Positions 1 through 12,001 of a stretch of 64,000 bases of DNA are shown here, piece after piece. Made by a program: the position numbers and the translations under genes. The stretch is from Eledone cirrhosa. Taxonomy: Eukaryota. Location of the stretch: the NCBI GenBank assembly GCA_964016885.1, contig OZ024747.1, forward strand, positions 22,568,001 through 22,632,000, given 5' to 3'. The notes below the pieces were generated by a model. That model did no database searches and had not been told where the DNA came from. It was given only the letters and a program-made list of their open reading frames with translations. Position 1 is the stretch's first letter; every line of letters starts with the position of its first letter.

Positions 1-868
1 GGTTATATTCCACAACTGGTCATATTTCACAACTGGTTATATTTCACAGCTGGTTATATTTCACAACTGGTCATATTTCACAACTGGTTATATTTCACAA
101 CGGGTTATATTTCACAACTGGTTATATTTCACAGCTGGTTATATTCCACAACTGGTTATATTCCACAACTGGTTATATTCCACAACTTGTTATATTTCAC
201 AACTGGTTATATTCCACAACTGGTTATATTTCACAACTGGTTATATTTCACAACTGGTCATATTTCACAGCTGGTTATATTTCACAACTAGTTATATTTC
301 ACAACTGGTTATATTTCACCAGTGGTTATATTTCACAACTGGTCATATTTCACAACTGGTTATATTTCACAGCTGGTTATATTCCACAGCTGGTTATATT
401 TCACCAGTGGTTATATTTTACAACTGGTCATATTTCACAACTGGTTATATTTCACAACTGGTGATATTTCACAGCTGGTTATATTTCACCAGTGGTTATA
501 TTTTACAACTGGTCATATTTCACAACTGGTTATATTCCACAACTGGTTATATTCCACAGCTGGTTATATTTCACAACTGGTTACATTTCACAGCTGGTTA
601 TATTTCACAACTGGTTCTACTTCACAGCTGGTTATATTTCACTACTGGTCATATTTCACAACCGGTTATATTTCACAGCTGGTTATATTTAACCAGTGGT
701 TATATTTTACAACTGGTTATATTTCACAACTGGTTATATTTCACAGTTGGTTATATTTTACAGCTGGTTATTATCCACCAGTGGTTATATTTTACAACTG
801 ATCATATTTCACAACTGGTTATATTTCGCAACTGGTTATATTCCACAGTTAGTTATATTTTACCAACA
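1..868. repeat. 17-bp tandem satellite (consensus GGTTATATTTCACAACT), ~50 copies, runs off the window start
   Basis: Unit read directly; the ORFs at 322-910 are its translation (17-aa periodic peptide). Confidence 0.95.
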
Positions 869-1246
869 ACTGTCAAAGATGAGAAACTAATATCCAAGAC
901 CATTTCATAACTTGCCTGAAATTTTAGGTTTATTTATTATTTATTTACCATCAAACCAGATTAGCAAAACATTCTAGAAAAGCACAAAACAGTACAATAT
1001 CTCATTAAAAAATATACTCTTTATTTTTGTTCACAAAATGTTCAATATCTCATTAAAAAATATACTCTTTATTTTTGCTCACAATGATCTGTCCACTAGA
1101 AAAAATACTATAAGCAATTGAATTAACAAACCTACATTTCGATATTTTCTGCTAAATCATTGCAGGAGGTTAAGAGTTAATCAAAATTTACCACTAAAAG
1201 TTGTTATTTTTACTATAACCTTATCTTCTTGTTTTTATCATTTCAG

Positions 1247-1308
1247 GCGGAAGACCCATTTTACATAAAAACGATCATTGATTGTTACCTCGAAATGTGA
1301 CTCTAACA
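1247..1308 (+). CDS. Candidate exon of an unidentified upstream plus-strand gene
   Basis: Pyrimidine-rich acceptor (tcttcttgtttttatcatttcag) and weak donor AA|gtaaat. Open as AEDPFYIKRSLIVTSKCDSN, or as GRPILHKTIIDCYLEM* in phase 1. No homology recognised. Confidence 0.3.
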
Positions 1309-1917
1309 AGTAAATATATATGATGATCACGATGATGATGATGTGTGATGGTGTTTGTGATGATGAACATGTTAATAATGAAGATAATAGTGGTGGTGGT
1401 GACGGTGGTAATGATGACAGTGGTAGTGATGATGAATGATAGTGGTGGTGATATGTATGATGGTGTTAATGTAAAGTAGTATTGGTGGTGGTGGTGGAGA
1501 TGATAGTGATAATAAATTATATACAATACACAGCTACTTGTTCTTTTTCTCCATCAAGAATTCTTTTTTCTTTTTTTTTTCTTTGTATACCACCACCACC
1601 AACTACAACTATTGTATTATATATCCTATGCTAGTGTGGAAGATGGACGTTAAACGAAGATGATGATGATGATGATGAATTGTGCGAGATATTTTTTATA
1701 TTAACACAAGATGTATTATGTTATAATTATCAATCCCAATAAATAATATATATCTATTGAATATAAACAAATATTTCATTTGTTGGCTCATCAATTCTGT
1801 ATTTATCTTGTACTTATCAACCTTGAAAGGACGAAAGTCAAAGTTGACCTCAGTGAGATTTGAACACAGCATACAGAGAGATGGAATACTGTTCACAGTT
1901 TAAACCGATGCTCAACT

Positions 1918-2110
1918 TTAACCCTTTAGTATTTACATAACTCTATATATAATATTGTATTTTTGTGGTAAACACTTTATCTCACATAATATCGAATCTA
2001 TGAGATTTTGATGTTATTTACATCAGTATGAGTGGCCAGTTATGGCTGGTTTGAACAAAGAGGTGAGAGAATTCTGGCCAGATACAGCTGATATAAATGC
2101 TAAAGGGTTA
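1918..2110. mobile_element. ~200-bp TTAA-flanked piggyBac-like MITE (family A). Other copies ~4086-4299, 4466-4680, 15431-15636, 22606-22789, 24410-24585, 32146-32694, 34047-34274, 42831-43034, 46917-47141, 57642-57853
   Basis: TIRs ttaaCCCTTTAGCATTT...AAATGCTAAAGGGttaa with a shared internal sequence, in both orientations; TTAA target duplication is the piggyBac signature. Confidence 0.8.
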
Positions 2111-2613
2111 TGATAGTTGTAAATAACTCTAAAAAAAACTGGAATGGCCATTTATCTGGTTGATCTGGGGCTACACAACAACAATAATGGTTATTTAACC
2201 CTTTTGATACCAACCTGCCCACAACCACCTTAGGTTCTATGAAACAAATCCAGGAATTGGATATTTTAGCCCTTTTGACACTAATCTACCTAAAACTAGT
2301 TCTAGATCTGGTTCTATGAAATAAAGTTGTCCATTATAAAGGGTTCTTATTTAAATATAAGTTTTCTAACATAATTTTACATCAGAATTATATGTTAAGT
2401 TACTACCTTAGTAATGAAATAATTAATAATTTTAGTAAATCTTTCAAAAGTCTTCATTAATAAATGTATTTTTAGGGTAATTTCAGGGAGAAACCCATAC
2501 AAAACCCCAGATTACTGTCACCTCACAGGCATTGAAAGTGCTCTCTCCCAGTTTCTTTCATCATGCATAATCAGAATATATTTCATTAGAAACACAGTAA
2601 TGAAAAAATTAGT

Positions 2614-2800
2614 GTGGATTGGCAGTATCAGTAGAGGGTCGGACGCCATGCTTTGCAGCAAAGAGTTACGGCCCTTTACGGACTAAATTCAAATCCCGCC
2701 GAGGTTAACTTTGTCTTTCATCCTTATGGGGTCGATGAAATAAAGTACCAGTAATGCACTGAGATAATTGCTGGCCTTGTGCCAAAAGTAAAAATAATTA
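2614..2800 (+). mobile_element. tRNA-derived SINE with a Meta-like central domain. Other copies ~13645-13820(-), 15090-15228(-), 15232-15418(-), 26795-26920(-), 34794-34978(+), 46045-46230(-)
   Basis: B-box-like (g)ttcaaatccc followed by conserved gccgaggttgactttgcctttcatccttacggggtcgataaaataaagtaccag in many copies. Confidence 0.8.
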
Positions 2801-3269
2801 TCTAATAGTCCTAGTTCTTTCCTTCTTTTTCTTCTCATTTATGGCATTTATAGTCCTTTCCAATGCTGCTTTCCTTTTCTGTATGTTTGACTAAATATTT
2901 AATTCTTCATAATTTTCTTATCAATACCAAAAAAAAAAAAAAAAATTGAAAGCTTGAATTAGGTGTGAAGAGATAAAAAGGAAGATAAGAGATTGTGGGG
3001 TTATGGGTAATGTGCCAGAAGTGGTAATTAGGTGGATAGAAGAGGGCAGGAAGAGACCTATTTCTTGGTTGGTCACAGTAGTGAGGGTATAAATATAGAT
3101 GTGCTCTTTTGAAATCCAAGAATTTCTGATCAGAGATTCTTAGGACTTGAAAGAGCTCAGTGAGATATCTCCCCTCACAATCTCAAAATGGTGACCAATC
3201 AAGAAAAAGGTCCAATACTAGTTCTATTCTGCTCACCTGTCACTTCTGGCACACCACTCATAACCCCAC

Positions 3270-3680
3270 AGATATATATACACTTCAGGAAACAGCGAAA
3301 ATGAAGTTGAGATGGCCAAACACATTGAGCAGAAGAGAGGACGAAAAATGGACAAAAAGTGCCACTAAGGAAATAGCAAAAGTGAAGTGGAGGTGGGCAG
3401 GATAGAGGAGAGTAGATGAAGGAAAAGAATAATGGGGTGGATTTTACTTGAGGGCGTGGAGAAGGAAGAGCAAGCGTCAGTTGTCCGTAAGGAGGTAGTG
3501 ATTCATCTACTATTATCTATGATGCTAATCTGCATTACAACTACGATACAGAGCCACTAAACAATACATGAGGTAATCAGGGAAGGTACCAGGTCAGTTT
3601 GGATAAGAATGGCAATAAACAGATATAAGTGGAAGGGTCTTAAAGAGAGGGTACATCCAGCAGTGGACTGTTACTATATT
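3270..3680 (+). mobile_element. Decayed RTE-clade LINE 3' fragment
   Basis: Translates to AKVKWRWAG and KLRWP..LSRREDEKWTK, typical of RTE C-termini. Confidence 0.55.
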
Positions 3681-3895
3681 CTAAAGATGATGGCAAAAAT
3701 AGGGAAAAAAATCCTAGTTTTTTGCCCATGTAATTATTATTGTCAGGTTCAATGTGTCCGAACACGGAAGAGCCAAACTCCCACCATCATCGCCCCCATC
3801 TCTCTGTATAGTGAGCAAATGGGGTCCCATGTGCTGGCCGCCCCACAGCCCCGACAGACAGAATGGAAAAGGCAAAAAATGTTTTTAAACGATTT

Positions 3896-3963
3896 GGGCT
3901 CATCTGGGATTTGAACCCGGGACCTCCCGCAGCCTAAGCGAAAATCATACTTCTAGACCAACG
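3896..3963 (-). pseudogene. tRNA-Pro(AGG) pseudogene
   Basis: Reverse complement cgttggtctagaagtatgattttcgcttAGGctgcgggaggtcccgggttcaaatcccagatgagccc matches metazoan tRNA-Pro. The 5' GGCT is missing, D-loop GG>AA, G37>C, and the T-stem has a mismatch. A T6 run lies ~16 nt downstream. Confidence 0.85.
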
Positions 3964-4825
3964 TTGGTGTTTAGCACAAAATTAAAAACACTCCGGCCGT
4001 GACCATCCCATCTATTATTCAGACATAGTATATGTCATATTACTTTATCCAGTGTACCCTTCCTCTTTTTAAACAGCAAGTATTGAAACCGGTGGTATCA
4101 GGCCAGAATTCTCTCGCCTCTTTCTGTTCAAACTGACCGTAAGTGGCCACTCATACTGATGTTAAGGTATTGTTCTCAAAATAAATAACATCAAAATCTC
4201 AGAGATTCGATATTATGTGAGATAATTATGTACAATAAAGCCTTTACCACAAAAATACAATAGTATAGATATAGAGTAATGTAAATGCTAAAGGGTTAAG
4301 GGAGATCTGGTTTCTATTTCTAGCAAGTGAAGTGATCATATACAGTCTGCCTACTTAACTCAATTGTAAGGTTTAAGAAAAAGAAAAAGAACAATTATAT
4401 ACTATCGGACCTAAATATAGTAAATGTGCAATATTGAACCAACAATTAAAATGGAAAACATCTGTTTAACCCATTGGCATTTACATTACTCTATATATAC
4501 TATTGTATTTTTGTGGTAAAGCCTTTATCTCACAGAATTATCTCACATAATATCAAATCTATGAGACTTTGATATTATTTATTTTGAGAACAATGCCTTA
4601 ACATTGGTATAAGAGGCCAGTTATGGCTGGTTTGAACAGAAAGAGGTGAGAGAATTCTGGCTGGATACAGCTGGTTTAAATAACTTATCTATCTATCTAT
4701 AAGCAGAGTATTCTATATAACTTATCTTAATAAATTTATTCTATATAAACAAAGAATATTTTATACTCAATCTGAGTTTGAGTTTATTATTGCCAGCTCA
4801 CACAAATAATTTTTTTTTTTTTCAG

Positions 4826-4922
4826 TCTCAAACATTTTAATATTTCCGCAAATAAAATATGCGTATGTGTGTTTGTGAAGGTCATGCGAGCCAAAACTAA
4901 TGACATTCTTGCCAGCAGGTGA
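4826..4922 (+). CDS. Candidate next or terminal exon of the same unidentified gene
   Basis: Long T-run + cag acceptor; in frame with 1247-1308 (phase 2) it reads LKHFNISANKICVCVFVKVMRAKTNDILASR*; possible donor cag|gtgaat at 4919. Confidence 0.25.
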
Positions 4923-5409
4923 ATACAGTGCTGATGAGATTGTTTATTTATTATAAAAGCCCATTACCTCACCACTCCATAAAGAAAGAATGTTAATCTC
5001 TAAAATACCAAACATAACAGCCAAATGGCTGACAATTTTCTCATTCTTTCATTGTATTTCTTTTATCTGAAGGATTAAAAGGTAAGGAATTTGACTGGAA
5101 ATATTTCAGCATGTGTACTCAGCAATCTGCATGCACGCAACACTTGACACTTGCCTAGAGTTAGAAAAATTCTACAGGATTAATAACTTTTAACTAAATT
5201 GATCATAAATTTGTCTTTATTTTCCTTCTTCTTTTTATTATTATTATTATTTTTAAATACACACACACATATATATACACGTGTATACATATATATATAT
5301 ATGTACACACATTTATATATATATATATATATACACACACATATATACATATGTATACATATATATATATAAAGCGAAACCTAGTCAGTAGGCACCTCTA
5401 ACTAAATAA

Positions 5410-6445
5410 CAGCAAGTGCCCACAGAATACTAGCTCATTCCATTGCACAGATGGTTCTATAGAAATAGTGGACACCTTCCGTTACCTGGGTGACAAAATC
5501 AGCAGTGGGGGAGGGTGCTCTGAAAGTACAGTAGCTAGAGTCAGAACGGGATGGAAAAAGTTCAGAGAGCTTATACCACTATTGGCCGTTAAAGGGTTCT
5601 CTCTAAAAATTAAAGGCAGGCTGTATGATGCCTGCATACAAACAGCAATGTTGCATGGCAGTGAGACCTGGGCATTGTGTGCAGAGGATATACGCAGACT
5701 GGAGAGGAACGAAGCTTGCATGCTCCGCTGGATGTGTAATAGTAATATACGTGAACGGCAAAGCATAAACGAACTAAGGGAGAAATTAGGAATAAGAGGG
5801 ATCAGATGTTGTTTACTCGAGAGAAGACTACATTGGCATGGTCACGTGATGCGCATGAAAGACGACAGCTGTATAAAAAAAGTGCAGGGCGATAAAAATA
5901 GACGGTAGCCACGGAGTAGGCAGACCCAGAAAAACCTGGGACGACTTGATAAATTCCGACCTCACACACTTACACCTCTCCAAGACAATGTCACTGGACC
6001 GAGATCTTTGGTGCTACACAGTAATACAGAAGACCCGCCTTGCCTAAGTACAAAGCGAAACCTACAGTCAGTAGGCACCTCTAACAAAAATACACCTCTA
6101 ACAAAAATACACCCCTGTCCCACTACCCCCACCTCATCCACACCACCCCCTTAAATGTGAAGTTATATTGGTACCACAACATCCAGTCCGAAACAAATGA
6201 GGGCGTGTAGGTGTCACGACAAAAAAACACACAGTCCACGCTGTAACGTGACCATGTAGGTAACACGGTAAAAACCTCCCAGTCCACACTGTAAACGTGG
6301 TTGGTGTTAGGAAGGGCATCCAGCCGTAGAAAACCCGCCAGACAGTTCTATACGAGCAGGACAACCAATCTTGCCTCAAGTGGGAAAACTCCCGTCCAAA
6401 CCCATGCAAGCGTGGAAGATGGACGTTAAACGATGATGATGATGA
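5410..6445 (+). mobile_element. 5'-truncated RTE LINE with (GAT)n tail
   Basis: ORF 5468-5908 FRYLGD...RTGWKKFREL...MLHGSETW...RRLHWHGHVMRM; ends ggacgttaaacgatgatgatgat. Confidence 0.9.
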
Positions 6446-7519
6446 TATATATATATCTTGGAGTGCGGAGACCTAAGAAAACCTGGGATGAGGTGATAAA
6501 AGCTGAACTAGACCAATTGCACCTCTCAATGGCGATGACACAGGACCGTGAACTCTAGCGTCACGTAATACAGAACACCCGACTTCTCATGGGTACAAGC
6601 TGAAGCTGAAGCATATAGACAATATGCCCGCACCTCCTCCCACTGCAAAGTGGTTGAGGAGGTGTCATGACAAAAGAGCACCCAGCCCACACTGTAAAGT
6701 GGTTGTGTAGGCACCACAGTAAAAAAGCACCCAGCACTCACAGTAAATGAGGTTGGTGTTAGGAGGGGCATCCAGCTGTAGAAATCAAGCCAGAATCAGT
6801 TCCCATATGAGCAAGACAAGGTCACCCGACCTGGCATTGCCCACAATAGGACAACACGTCTAACCTATACTTGCGTGGAAGAATGGACGTAAAACAGTGA
6901 TGATGATGATGATATATATATATATATATATAGAATATATAAGATTTAATATAGAAATGCTTCTACAGGACTAGAACTGCTTCATTCGAAGGAAATCATA
7001 TAAAATATATATATATATATAATATATACATTTAAATTTGGTAGTTTACCACTGGGTAGAATTGGTCATTCTGCAATATCAATTATGATGTAATATGTGA
7101 AAAGCACTCAACATTATGCAACTCACCCATCTTCAATGTTGAATCATGTTGGTGGTGCATGAATGGAGTAAATGTATTATAAAGTGAAATGACAGGAGGC
7201 CAAATATGTTGCATTTCCTTAATTATTTATTTCTGCAAACACTATGTACATTTCAGTGGCCAGGTTGCGTAATAACCTGATGACATCTTCAGGTGTAAAT
7301 TGTGTAATAGAGGTATACCAACAGAATAATGGTAAACTTTAAGGAAACAAAGAAAAAATAGAGAAGAAAAAAAATTGTGTGTTTATGATTTTGACCCAGA
7401 GACACTGCCTCCTCATCATATATATATATATCATCATTTTATATATACACACATATATATAATACATATTATATATGTATATATATATATACATATATAA
7501 TACATTATATATGTATCTT

Positions 7520-7790
7520 TCGGAAACATTTTTTCATGCTCAGAGTTGCTGAAGCATGGAACAAACTACCTGCATCAGTTGTTAGCTGTCGAGACACTGC
7601 ATCCTTTAAGGCCTCCATGCTTCCCAAGATCCGCCAACACTACAGCTAATGTTCCCTCTCCATACACATACCCACATGTATATCATGACTCATACACTAT
7701 TCACTTCCCTGACATTTGTGTATTATTCTATGTACTATACATACACCTTTGACGAGTTGTAGTGTACCTGAGCACTTTACACAATAATTT
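7520..7790 (+). mobile_element. CR1/L2-group LINE 3' end
   Basis: Translates to RKHFF.LRVAEAWNKLPASVVS, the CR1/L2 C-terminal motif. Confidence 0.65.
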
Positions 7791-8183
7791 CATTATATTA
7801 TATTCATTATATTATTATATATATATATGTATATATATATATAACCCATGCTAGCATGGAAGAATGGACGTAATACGGTGATGATGATGATGATGATACA
7901 CATTTATAATACATATTATATTTGTATATATATACAGTATATATAAGGGTGAAAGCAGCGATTCTTTGCTTAAAATTTAATCTGTTATTTTAATAAATAT
8001 TTGTTCTACGGTTCTTATATATTTGATATATATTTATCCTTATCGAGCCCTCTTTGTATTTTAGTTTTCAAATTTATTATTATTACTATATGTATATATA
8101 TATATGCATATATATATATATGTATATGTATATATATAATACATATTATATATATAATACATATTATATATATATATATAATA

Positions 8184-8298
8184 CATAATATAAGATCAAA
8201 AGATGGTTAAAGGAGTTCCATGTATTTTATTATGCGCATTATGTATACATAATAAAATACATGGAACTCCTTTAACCATCTTTTGATCTTATATTATG
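8184..8298. repeat. Perfect 51-bp inverted repeat with 13-nt loop
   Basis: 8184-8234 is the exact reverse complement of 8248-8298. Confidence 0.95.
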
Positions 8299-8411
8299 CA
8301 TACTCCAGTCCTACAAACTGTAGAGTGCTTCTTATCCGATATCTGCATTGCTTTATTGTACTACAATAAAACTCACCTCCTACATTATATAATACATATA
8401 TATATATCATT

Positions 8412-8778
8412 TCATCATCATTCATTATTTCATTTTACGTCCGCTTTTCCCTGCTTGCAAGGGTGGGACAGGAACTGATTCTGGCTTGATTTCTACAGCA
8501 GGTAGCCCTTCCTAACACCAACCTCATTTACAGTGAGTGCTGGGTGCTTTTTTTTCCGTGGCGCCTACACGTCCACTTTACAGTGCGAGCTGGGTGCTTT
8601 TTTGCCGTGGCACCTCCATGACCACTTTGCAGTGGAATAATAGGGGCCCCAGTCCCTATCATCTCATTTCTACAGTTGAGTGAACTGGAGCAATGTGAAA
8701 TAAAGTGTCTTGCTCCCGGTCTGAGAATTGAACTCACAACCTTTCGATTGCAAGGCCAATGCTCTAACCACTAAGCCT
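8412..8778 (-). mobile_element. tRNA-head SINE with CORE-like domain and RTE-derived tail. Other copies ~10195-10466(+), 11110-11425(-), 32240-32567(-)
   Basis: Head ggcttagtggttagagc...gttcaattc, central ccttgagcaagacacttt, tail cccacccttgcaagcagggaaaagcggacgtaaaatga(tga)n. Confidence 0.85.
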
Positions 8779-8913
8779 CTATATATAATACATATCTATA
8801 TGTATACATATAAATATAAAGATTTACATATACATAAAGTCACATATATATATGTGGCAACTGGTCTCATTGTGGCTCAATGAAGAATTAATAAATTAAA
8901 TAATCAGAGCAAT

Positions 8914-9187
8914 ATATCATAAATCATGTCCTTAGAATTATTAGATAAAATATATACCATTTCCTCTCCCAATTAGCATAATTAATCATATAAAAAATCA
9001 ATTAGACCAGGCTATAAGAATAAAGGCTCCTATGAAGAAATTTTCGACAAATAACCGAAAGCGTCCTCTTCGCGGTGACCTTTATTCTTATAGCCTGGTC
9101 TAATTTTTTATATGGTTAATTATGCTAATTGGGAGTGGAAATGGTATATATTTTATCTAATAATTCTAAGGACATGATTTATGATAT
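8914..9187. repeat. Fold-back element with ~110-bp inverted arms and 52-nt spacer
   Basis: 8914-9026 pairs with 9079-9187 with few mismatches. Confidence 0.9.
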
Positions 9188-9223
9188 GTATACATATATA
9201 TACATATATAATACATATATATA

Positions 9224-9495
9224 TCGGTAAAATTCCCGAGATCCATGGACGAGTTCTCTCCAGCGGTCTCTGTCCCTCATTATCGCTGCCATGTCCTGCG
9301 TCTCCAACAGACCAGTGTCTGTCCTTAGAACATCAACATATGTTAACTTCGGTCTTCCTCTTCCAGTATGTCCGTGCAGGGGCTCCCACAGGAGCACTGA
9401 GTGCAAGTGTCAACTCTGGATGTTGGTGTGCATGTCCAACTAACCTCAGTCTCCTCTGTGTCACTTTTGAGCTGACTTTTGGGAGGTTCCCGTGT
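9224..9495 (-). mobile_element. RTE-group LINE C-terminal fragment
   Basis: [20 protein letters not shown]...[21 protein letters not shown]...DRDRWR. Confidence 0.8.
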
Positions 9496-9765
9496 GTATA
9501 TATATATAATACATATATGTATAGATATATAATACATATATATAATATATATATATATGTATATATGTATACATACATATACATATATATATATATAAAA
9601 TATATATATATACATATACATATATACATACATATACATATATATATATAAAATATATATATATACATATACATATATACATACATATACATATATATAT
9701 ATAAAATATATATATATACATATACATATATATATATAAAATATATATCTATACATATATAATAC

Positions 9766-9796
<31 letters not shown>

Positions 9797-9897
9797 CATA
9801 CATATACATATATATATATATAAAATATATATATATACATATATAATACATATATATGTACATATATATATATATACATATATATATATAAAATATA

Positions 9898-9929
<32 letters not shown>

Positions 9930-10197
9930 AAATATATATATATATATATACATATATATTACATATATAATACATAATATATACATATACATATGTAATA
10001 CAATATATATACATATACATACATATAATATATATATATATGTATACATACATATAATATATATATATATATGTATACATACATAATACATATATATACA
10101 TATAATATATACATATGTATACATATATAATACATATATATAATATATATACATGTATACATATATAATACATATATATAATATATATATATATTAT
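9496..10197. repeat. Compound (TA)n/(TACA)n low-complexity tract
   Basis: Direct reading; source of the Y/I-rich spurious ORFs. Confidence 0.95.
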
Positions 10198-10574
10198 ATG
10201 TTGTTTCCTTGAGCAAGACACTTTATTTCACATTGCTCCAGTTTACTCAGCTGTAGAAATGAGATGATAGGGACTGGGATCCCTATCATTCCACTGCAAA
10301 GTGGTTGTGGAGATGCCATGGCAAAAAAGCACCCAGCACTCACTGTAAATGAGGTTGGTGTTAGGAAGGGCATCCAGCTGTAGAAATCAAACCAGAATCA
10401 GTTCCCGTCCCACCCTTGCAAGCAGGGAAAAGCGGACATAAAATGAAATGATGATGATGAATGATGATATACACATATACATATATAATATATATATATA
10501 TACATATACATACATCTAATATATATATATATACATATATATAAATATAAAATATATACATATATATATATATA

Positions 10575-11810
10575 CTAGCAGTGGTACCCGGCGTTGCACA
10601 GGATAAGGTATTTTGGAATGCGCGCCGCCAACAGACCTAATCGTGGAAAAACTGCATGCCTGGACAATATGTAAAGAAAATAAACCGAATACTCTGATGG
10701 CTGGATAATCTTTAAGATTTTCCTCGATGAAGCAAGAAAAATGCAGGTTTTCACCTAATGCGGGCCCTAGAGGATCAAGGAAATGAATTTTTTTTTATGT
10801 GCATAATATGCCTTGCAATTTCGGGAAAATCGACTAGACGTAACGCCGCCAAAAAGCCCTAAAAAGCTGAAAAAATGAAAATTTTCACCTAATGCAGGCC
10901 CTAGGCCATAAAAAAGTTGGATTTTCTTTACTCATGGTATGAAGAAGAGACTGACTAATACATAGTTACAATTTCAAGGAAATCGGTCTGACGTAACACC
11001 TTAAGAAAACCCTAAAAAGCTTAAAAAACGCAGTTTTTCACCTAATCCGGACCCTAGATGAAAAAGTTGAATTTTTTTATGTGCATAAAACTCCCCAAAA
11101 CATAAGTAATCATCATCATCATCATCATTTTACGTCCGCTTTTCCCTGCTTGCAGGGGTGGGACGGGAACTGATTCTGGCTTGATTTCTACAGCTGGATG
11201 CCCTTCCTAACACCAACCTCATTTGCAGTGTGGGCTGGGTGCTTTTTTTGCAGTGGCACCTCCACGACCACTTTGCAGTGGAATGATAAGGACCCCAGTC
11301 CCTATCATTAAACTGGAGCAATGTGAAATAAAGTGTCTTGCTCAAGGAAACAACACATCTGAGAATTGAACTCACAACCTTTCGATTGCAAGGCCAATGC
11401 TCTAACCACTAAGCCATGTGCCTCCATTAATACACACGTAAAGTTTGAAAAAAATCGGTTGGGTACTTCGAGTTTTAGGGATTCAAACTCAGACACACAC
11501 ACACACAGACGGACATCCTCAGGGAAGTGACGTAATGCAGACAGTCAGGCATACAGACAGATATTATAAGGGCGCAACGTTATATCTATGTATCTATCTA
11601 AAAATAGAAAGACTAAGAATTATAGAGAGATCGCTAAATCGTCTAATGCAGTCCCTAGGGCATTGAAAATTTGAACATTTTTTTGCTCAGAACATTCCCT
11701 GAAACATAAGTATTACATGTGTAAAGTTTGAAAACAGTCGGTTGGGTGCTTCTCGAGTCTTAGAAATTCAAACTCACACAGACAGACATCCTCAGTTTTA
11801 TATATATAGA
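10575..11810 (-). mobile_element. Non-autonomous Helitron-like element with internal subrepeats and a nested SINE
   Basis: Minus strand starts TCTATATATATAAAA..tctgtctgt and ends with a GC-rich segment ...gcaacgccgggtaccactgCTAG; internal repeats of ttttcacctaatgcgggccctag. Confidence 0.65.
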
Positions 11811-11885
11811 CTAACAGAAAACCGCCCACACACAGAAATGTATATATATATATATATTACACACACAGAAATGTATATATATTTC

Positions 11886-11930
<45 letters not shown>

Positions 11931-11956
11931 CACACACAGAAATGTATATATATTTC

Positions 11957-12001
<45 letters not shown>

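Noticed and set aside
322-910. Long ORFs with periodic W/Y/F peptides; superficial CRISPR-like array
   Set aside because: Translation of a head-to-tail 17-bp satellite with no unique spacers; eukaryotic context.
1275-1526. His/Thr-rich ORF
   Set aside because: Degenerate (GAT/GGT)n trinucleotide repeat.
9181-10221. ORFs up to 292 aa rich in Y/I
   Set aside because: Products of the (TA)n/(TACA)n tract.
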